Assembly (NCBI GenBank): GCA_951406725.2
Contig: OX597814.1
Location: 7,564,001 to 7,628,000, forward strand
Source: Octopus vulgaris
Taxonomy: Eukaryota
DNA: 64,000 nucleotides
Direction of reading: 5' to 3'
In this document: positions 28,386-37,300 of the stretch, one piece after another
Numbering within the stretch: position 1 is the first letter of the stretch
Layout: each line of letters starts with the position of its first letter
Made by a program: the position numbers and the translations under genes
The notes under the pieces: generated by a model
Told to the model about the DNA's origin: nothing
Databases searched by the model: none
What the model saw: the letters and a program-made list of their open reading frames with translations, nothing else

Positions 28386-31300
28386 GTGCATGCATATATT
28401 ATTTTAGTGCTAACTTCATTTCACTACATTCCAAACATCCTGGTTCCCCACTTTATATAGAAATCGCCCATAGATATTTCCCTACACCACTGCTAGATCA
28501 CTCTTTTGCCTATCAACTTCAAAGTTCTCCTCTGGAAGATGGTATGATTTTAATATATTGAGCCTCATGGCCTCTTCTCAAGGTATGTTCTTTTCTATTT
28601 TCTCTTCCCTTCATTTATTTTATTTTACGCATTTGTATTCACTCTGATGAAGCTCCAGATCAAATGTCCTATGAAGATGATGAATATTAGTTTTGTAATT
28701 CTTTCATTAGCACTGACTGGCATTGGAAGCAGAAACAGCCGTAAGAATTGTTTTGTCATGTTTTGTATTGAAAAGTAATCTATAGATGTGATCCAATTTG
28801 TTTCTTTGTTGATCAAAAGTGTTCTTCATTTTCTGATTATTTAAATTTCATTGCCTCACAGAGGCAATGACAGAGACCGTGACCTTTGGAGATATGCTGT
28901 GATCGAGAAGACCCTGCGACTAAAGTGAGATCGCAACCACACATGTCCAGCCCTGTTAAGAATACTCCTGATGTGCCAAGTGATATGATATGCTTGATGA
29001 GACTTGTAGAGTCAAGTAAAACCAATATCGTAGCTGGGACCGTTGCCTTCTGACAGACTCCTGTGCCAATGGCATGTGAGGAGCACCATCCAAACATGGT
29101 CCATGCCAGGACTATGCAAATATAGCCTTGGTGTCAACTGCAAAATGAGAAATGTGGTTTACTGAATGAAGTGCATGAATGGTGATTATAAAAACCAGAA
29201 GACTACATACATAGGTGAAATAGTGAGAAGTTTGGCCAAGCATATAAATAAACATTGGAGAGGATACAAGGATTAGAGGCAGGCCTCAATACTCTACCAG
29301 CATGCCAAAGGACAACATGGTGGTGTGCGGAACCGAATTAGCATAGAAATCTTGTCTAGATACCCAGACAATGCATTGCTACAACAGATACAATATTTTT
29401 TCATGTGCCACCTACACAAGTGTCAGCAAGGCGACACAGGTAATGATCATGCTCGAATAGTGATTTTACGTGCCACTGGCACGGAGTCCAACTTGTTGCT
29501 CTGGCAACAATCACGCTCGTATGGTGCTCTTAGCGCTCCACTAGCATAGGATGTCAGTCATCGAATTTGATTCTGATTTCACTTGCCTCAACTGGTCTTC
29601 GCAAGCAGAGTTTAGTGTCCAATGAAGGAAAGGTACGCATAAGTGAGCTGGTTACACCCCTGGCATAGGCCACGAGGTTATGGTCTCACTTAAGCTTGCT
29701 GAGTCTTCTCAAGCACAGCATATTTCCAAAGGTTCCAGTCACTAGTCATTGCCTTGGTGAGGCCCAATGTTTAAAGGTCATGCTTCACCACTTCATCCCA
29801 GGTCTTCATAGGTCTACCTCTTCCACAGGTTCCCTCAACCGCTAGGGTGTGGCACTTTTTCACACAGCTATCCACATCTATTCTCGCCACATGACCATAC
29901 CAGCACAGTCGTCTCTCTTGCACACTACATCTGATGCTTCTTAGGTCCAACTTATCTTTCAAGGTACCAACACTCTGTCGAGCATGCACACTGACATTAC
30001 ACATCCATCGGGCATAGTGGCTTCATTCCTTGTGAGCTTACGCATGTCCTCAGCAGTATATATACATATACAAACGTTATGTAAATACATAGTGAGACTA
30101 ATAGAACTGAAATTAATATATATACAGATAGTGAAAGTAATTGAAATTGAAGCCATATAATCGTGAAACTATTATATCACATTACAATAGAGATATTATT
30201 GTTTCACTTTTGACACAATACCAAAACAGTGTAAGAGATAAGAGATTTCTCTGGGCTTGCATTAGGCAAGAAGTTGAAACATTTTTTGGCCCATAACACT
30301 GCATAGACCCTAAGTAAGGCATGTGTAAAATTTGAATGATATTTGTTGAATTGGTTGGGTAGTTCTCGAGTTTTAGTGATGCACCCAGATACACACGCAC
30401 ATTTTCAGTTTTATTTATATTGATAAATAGAAATGTAAATTTAAAACAATATTCATGATAGAAGCAATGAATAAAAGCATTGCATTGAAATTAACAGAAA
30501 TTAATTAGGAAATTAATTATGTTTTTGATTGAGTGATGATAAATTATTTGTTTACTTCTAACAGAAATTTCATGAATATTTCCAAGGAAACACGACAGGT
30601 GGTTCAGCTGCATCATCAGGTAAATACTTTCTTTTTATTTATCGTAAATTTTATTTAGGAAAAAACTAGTGTCTCTTTTCGTGGTTGTTGTTGTTCAGGA
30701 GGTGAGCTGGCAGAATCATTAGAATGTTGGGCAAAATGCTTAGTGGCATTTTGTCTGTCTTAACATTCTGAGTTCAAATTCCACCTTTCAGGGACAATGG
30801 AATAAGTACCAGTTACACACTGGGGTCAGTGTAATCAAGAATCCCCTCCTCCAAAACTTCAGGCCTTGTGCCTTTAATAACAAAGAGTATTATTTTTATT
30901 ATTATTGAGTGAGAGAGCAGTTCATGCCATCAAAGTGACAGTGGGGTACAAATATACAAAGTCCAGTATACCCATTATGTCTACCCATCTGATAAGGGTA
31001 CACCAGGCCCATACATCACAACCATATGTGTGTGACATTATGATCTCATAACAAGATAAACAGTGTATGACCTTGCAGGTGGGGCTCAGACTTTCTTGTC
31101 ATGTCGAAGAGCCCATCCAGCTCAAAAGATTCCTGAATAAGGGGTGTTTAAAGATGATGAATGAAACACCCATGTTTCCAAAGGTGAATTATCCAAACCC
31201 CAAAGAATCCCCCTCAACACATGGCTATGATGCTCCCCCACTACTTCTGCTCATGATCAGAGATGCACATATTGTCAGCCCCTAAGGGACATGCTCAACT

Positions 31301-34233
31301 GGTTACGGTCAAACAACTGACAAGCAAATCTGTGGTATTGAGCAGAATATTTGCTGTAACCCATCTTTTATACCAAGACAAAACAATGTACATGATAACA
31401 CTTCCAATCAGTTAAGATCAAAAGCCATGAGAGCCACTGCCTGTTACTGCATCAGAGCATTTATTATTATTATTATTATTTTTATCATCATCATCATCAT
31501 CATCATCATTATTATTAGAATTGTTGGTATACTGGATGAAATTCTTAGAAGTATTTCACCTGTTGCTGTCTTGAGTTCAAATTCTGAAGAGGTCGACTTT
31601 GCTTTTATCCTTTTGGGGATCCATAAATTAAGTCCCAGTGAAATGATGGAGTCGATGTAACTGACAAAATCCCCATCCTATAAATTTCTTGCCTTGCGTC
31701 TTCAAGTCGTGGTTGAAGGCAGATAGCCAAGGTCTTGTGGCCCTCTTCCCACAACAAAATGGAGCTTGAGGAACAGCAGCTATGCTACCACCATCACCAC
31801 AAGAAGGCCAAAAGCTGCAACAACAATCAATGCAGCAACAACCATTAAAGCAACATCTTCAACAGCAGAGTCCCACCACAACAATGGCACCATCAGCTGT
31901 AGCATGGAAAATAAGCAACACCAGATTATCCCATGCCTACAGACGGGCAACACAGATACGCCATGTATTTCCAACACTGGTGCTACAGAAGCCTTATCAT
32001 GTAATGAGAAGGAACTGAATCTGCCAAGAAGGACTTGTGTTGGAGAAATGCAGAAAAATAGTTCCAAAAAGGTTGTCCCAAGCTGAAAGTGAAAAGCCAG
32101 GATGAGGAATTTTCACCTAATCCATCAGCTACACTAGCAACACCAACACTGACACACTCACCCAAATCCCAACAGCTAAAGCAATGCACACTCATTCAAC
32201 TGCGGGTGCAGACTTCAGTGGTAGTTGCAAATATTGGAACTGTACACCTATAAAAAACACCAAAACAGAAAAAAATGCACAAAGAGAAACAACAATTGCA
32301 AGAACAACTTGTACAACTGACTACAGGACCCAGACGCCTCATAATCTTCACAGTCGTTTGCAAGAGAAACAGTGAGCTGATGCAGGAAGTAGTGAATAAC
32401 ACAGGAAGTCATACAAAAGGAATAGGGTTTGGGGAACATCTGTTGAAAAGTCCCCACGACAGGCAGATTAAAAGAACTGACACAAACACTTATTTAGAAC
32501 TAGATATATTCATGGGAGATTGGGCCCTTTAGGCTAAAGTCCATCAAAAGGACTTTGGGAAGGCCTTTCATTAATAATTTTTCTCAAGAAGCAGCTGAAT
32601 CAGCTGACCTTCTCAAAATCCAAGGTAAGTGATCTTGTTCCGTTTTGTTTCTCTGATAAATATGGTCGTTTTCAGAGTAGGGTGTGTGAATGTATGTGGC
32701 CTGAGGTCAGCTTTGAAGCACAATCACTTTCTAAATGACTTCAGGTCACTTGATTTAGGTGTGACTGCATTTAGCAAGACAAGGATTTCTAAGGAGCAAG
32801 CATTAGCACCCATTTTTGAGGACTATGAAATATGCTTATCTTGTGGTCTGTCAGGAGCACGCAGCGGGGTAGCAGTGCTATTCTGAAAATCCTTAGACCT
32901 CAAAGTAAAAGCAATCTCCTTGGACCTGAGTGGCAGGCTGGTGGTTCTTGATGTGAATGGTAGTGAAGGTGGCATCCTTAGACTGGTGGTCATCGATGCT
33001 CTGGCAGGGGTTGGAAGGCAAGAATTCTACAGGTGCCAAGAAATATTACTTTGAATATCTCACAGTTTAGTACTATTAAGGAACTGGAATGGGATTTTGG
33101 ATGCAGAAAACGTTTGTGTGAGGCTAGTACACAGAAGAAGTGCTGGGGCCCTATAACCTACTCAGAAACTTTCATTTATCTTAAAAGTACTGACTGGATT
33201 TCCCTGATGTACATTGAGCAACCACAATGGATCATCCATTTCATATCTAGATAGAGCTACTGTTGCAGAAGTTGGAACAGCTAAGGGACGTCCCTTTCTA
33301 ACTGGGGCCAGGAGGGATAGTGTCAGCATACAGGGACAAATCGAGGGCTTTTTGGTTGGGCTCCTGGACATGTAAGAGGATGCCATTGGTTAAACTGCAC
33401 AGGATCTAGTTTGGTCATGACCTGCAGGTTGATAAGAATGGGGTGATGTGGCAACCAGGGTGGTCAGTCTTACCCAGAAATGAGTTGAGAGGAAGCTGTC
33501 CCTGAAAGGTCGGGCAGAGGTGGCAAGTGTCTACATTGTATCTATTATCATTTATCACCTGACCACCGTACCTTGTCTTGGTTACTCTTCACCAGGCTGC
33601 AGCAGTTCTTCTTTAAATTCTTGTGGAAGGGTTTGGCAGTCAGTCTGTTGCCAGCATCCTCTGAGTGGTGGATTAGGTATGGCATGGTTCCTAATGTGCA
33701 GACACACTCTTGGGTTATGCCACCTGCAGTGATTTCAGGATTTGTCTAGTGGAGGCATCTGAAAGCATTCAAGACAAGCTCTTTCCTCTTCACTCTTGCC
33801 ACAAATGTCAGAAAGTTCATTGAAAGGTGTGTGAATGTGGCAAGGGTGACCCATGTGGACGGGTCTACTATGCACCTGTAGACAGGGGAGAGAGAAGCAG
33901 AGAGTTGTGATTACCTGAGGAGCCATGTGTGTGGGGTTTCCTTGGCAACTGCTGTTTGGATTTCCCCATATTGGGGAATTTAATTGTTTGTTTTCTTTTG
34001 TTAATTGTTTTTGTTTATTTACTGTTTACACACATCGTCTAAACACCACTGTCCATTGTTTGTTTTATGTAATATCCTTTTGTGTGGACCCTTGGGGAAA
34101 ATAACGAAAGTATTATTAATATTATTATCTTAACTGATTATTATTATGATTTTGGAGCTTGGGGCAGCCTCCTGGATTCCCAGACCTCCAGTCAAACTGT
34201 CCAACCCATGCCAACATAGAAAACGGACATTAA

Positions 34234-34318
<85 letters not shown>

Positions 34319-37300
34319 CTATCCTTCAATTCTGTTTCCATTTCTTGCTGGGTGTCTTCCTGACACCTAGGGCAGAGAAACTCACTGTATATATTGGTAA
34401 GCCACTGAAAGAAACACACCAGATTGTTCATTTACAAAGTCATGTGATAGAGAAAAAGTGGAAGAAAGACATAGAGAAAGATAAAAATGTAAACAAAGAA
34501 AATAAAGGGGAAAAAAGTAAAGAAAATTCACAGCAACAATGCTCTTCTCAATACGTGTGACCAGTTACCAGTTAAGACAATCTTTTGCACTTCCTGTATG
34601 AATGGTAATCCAGGGATCGCTCTTAAATAATTTTCAGTTCCTTTTTTGATCATTCCAAGTGCTCCTACAATCACTGGTATTGTAGCCATCTTGAGATGCC
34701 ACATCTTTTTGATTTCAATCAGCAGATCTTTATATTTTCTGAGCTTATCAAATTCTTTTGCTGAGATATCATAGACACAAAGTACGCTCACATCAATCAA
34801 TAAACAGACTTTATTGTTTTGGTCTTTCAAAACAATTTCTGGTTTATTAGCTTTGATGGTCACATCTGTACATACTGGGAAGTCCCAAAGAATCGTTACA
34901 TTTTCTCCCTCTCTAACAGCCTCAGGGTGGTGCCTGTACCATTTGTCAGCAATTTTGATTTTATGATACTGATACATTATCCAAAGTAGATATTGGTCGA
35001 CACTGTCATTTCTTGATTTATACTCTACTGGTGCTAAATCCTTACACCCAGAGATTAGGTGGTCCACTGTTTCAATCCCATCCTTACAGTATAGGCACTT
35101 TTAGTCTAAACAATTTTTCATCACATTGGCTTGATAGTTCTGCGTCAATAAGTTCTGATCTTGGGTAGCCAAGATAAAGCCTTCACTCTCTGCCTTTAGC
35201 CCTGAGCTCCCTAGCTACTGATGGGTGTGCTTCTGGTCTACATCAGCTTGTTTGCTATGGGCCACATATTTGCCATGCAGAGGTTTTTGTTCCCACCTAT
35301 CAACCAATTGTTTAAACGCATTTTGCTTTGCTCTTCATTTCACCTTCTTTGCAACTAGAGTTGTTGCACTTCCCTCATGCAGTTCCACTTGAACACAACA
35401 GAATGAGGCTTTTTATGTCTTTCGTGTTTCTCAATGAGCTTTTGCAGCCATTTGTCAGATGTTTCAAGATATTTTACCTGTCCAATTGTGGTGGTTTTGT
35501 AGGAGATTTCAAATCGAATCAAGCCTTGACTTCCTTGAGCTCTGGGTAGGTAAACACGATCTGCATCGGCCTTTGGGTGGTGCATCCTCTTGCTTATTGA
35601 TTTTCCTGTCAGTGTTCCTTATTTTGACTGTGGCAACATCCAACTCCACTGAATGTGAGGTCTTCAGTTTTCCTTTCTGGAAAGTGACCTTGGCACACTT
35701 ATCAAAACCAAATTCCATCCCGATGTCCTTACTAAATGCTTTCACAGTATGTAGCAGTCCTTCAAGCTCATTATCATCTTTGCCACAGAGTTTTAAGTCA
35801 TCCACATAAAATAGATGACTTGTTTTCTTGTCGCCAATTTAATATTCATACCCTGTTCTGTTGAATTCATTTGTAATGAGTATTAGGGCTATGCAGAAAA
35901 TTAAGAATGAAAGTGAGTCACCTTGGAAAATGCTACAGTTGATATTAATATCTTTTGTGGTCAGTACTCCATCAGAGTGGTATAACTGGAGATTTGTATT
36001 CCACATTGACATGTTGTGCTTCAGGAAATGTGAAATCACAGGAGGAATTTGGAAGATATCCAGCGATTTCAAGATCCATGAATGCAGCATGCTGTCAAAG
36101 GCCCTTTTTATAATCAATCCATGCAGAACTGAGATTTCTGCATTTGCTATGACAGTTCCTCAAAGGCCATGCTATTCATTAAGAGTTGGTCTTTGCATCC
36201 ATATGAGCCTTGTCGGCACCCTTTTTGTTCAGTGGGGAAAATATCATTCTGTTCCATAAATTTGTATGTTTTTCTCCATGAGGATGGATGTTAAAATTTC
36301 ATACGTGGCAGATAGATATGTCATGGGTGGATAGTCTTGGGGAAAGCTGGTTCCATTATTCTTCAGGAGAAGGTAAGTAATACCTCTTGCTAACCAATCG
36401 GGTGTTTTTGCAGGATCTCTCATAATTTCATTAAATACCTGAACTTAATTTTCATGTCTGCATGGGAGTGAAATTTTGCACACTATCATTACTACTATTA
36501 AACTATAGAAATCATTAGTAATTCAGTGTTTCTAGTCTAAACCCAACATTTTGTCAAAATATACCTGTTTTTTTATAAACTTTCAACAGAAAAAAGGTTC
36601 ATATTCTTATATTTGTTCTGAAATATTTGATTTCTGTTTGAACTTTAGAACCAATCCCTGATACATGGTCACCAATGGAAGACGAGGAATTAATTAAAAT
36701 CGTTCCAGTCACAAGTGGATCAGAATATGATGACATCCAGGCCACTTTCCGTCGGAATTTGCCTTCCTATCGTATAATCAAAGTTTGTATTTTTATTTCT
36801 GTTTATAAACAATATTTGATGGTTTATTGTTAAAACAAAATGTTAAGAGACATTTTGTTTGTATAAAAGACTTAAATCTCATAGTATGAACCTATTTTGG
36901 GATGGTTTTATGTGTTTTTGGATATTCACAAGAAATCTTTGCTCAACAAAAATACCTCTGCTTTAACTTCTTGCATTGAATTGTAAATGCAACACCATTT
37001 TGCAGCTAAACTATTGAGCCTTACCAAAATTTACAGTTGAATCAAAATTGGTATCAAATAAAAAAGAAAAAAAAAACAGATAGGGTTGGGGATTTTCACC
37101 ACAAATGTTATTTCCTTGTCAAAGAAGTGAATTGATTGTCTTTTCATAAATGTATTTTCCTTTCTACAGATTGAGAGAATTCAAAATAAAACATTATACC
37201 AGAGATACAAAGCATTGAAAGAACAATTTGAGGCAGAAAATCCAAATACTGAAATTGAAGTTGATGGCCTTTGGCATGGTACTACTACAGAATCTGTTGA

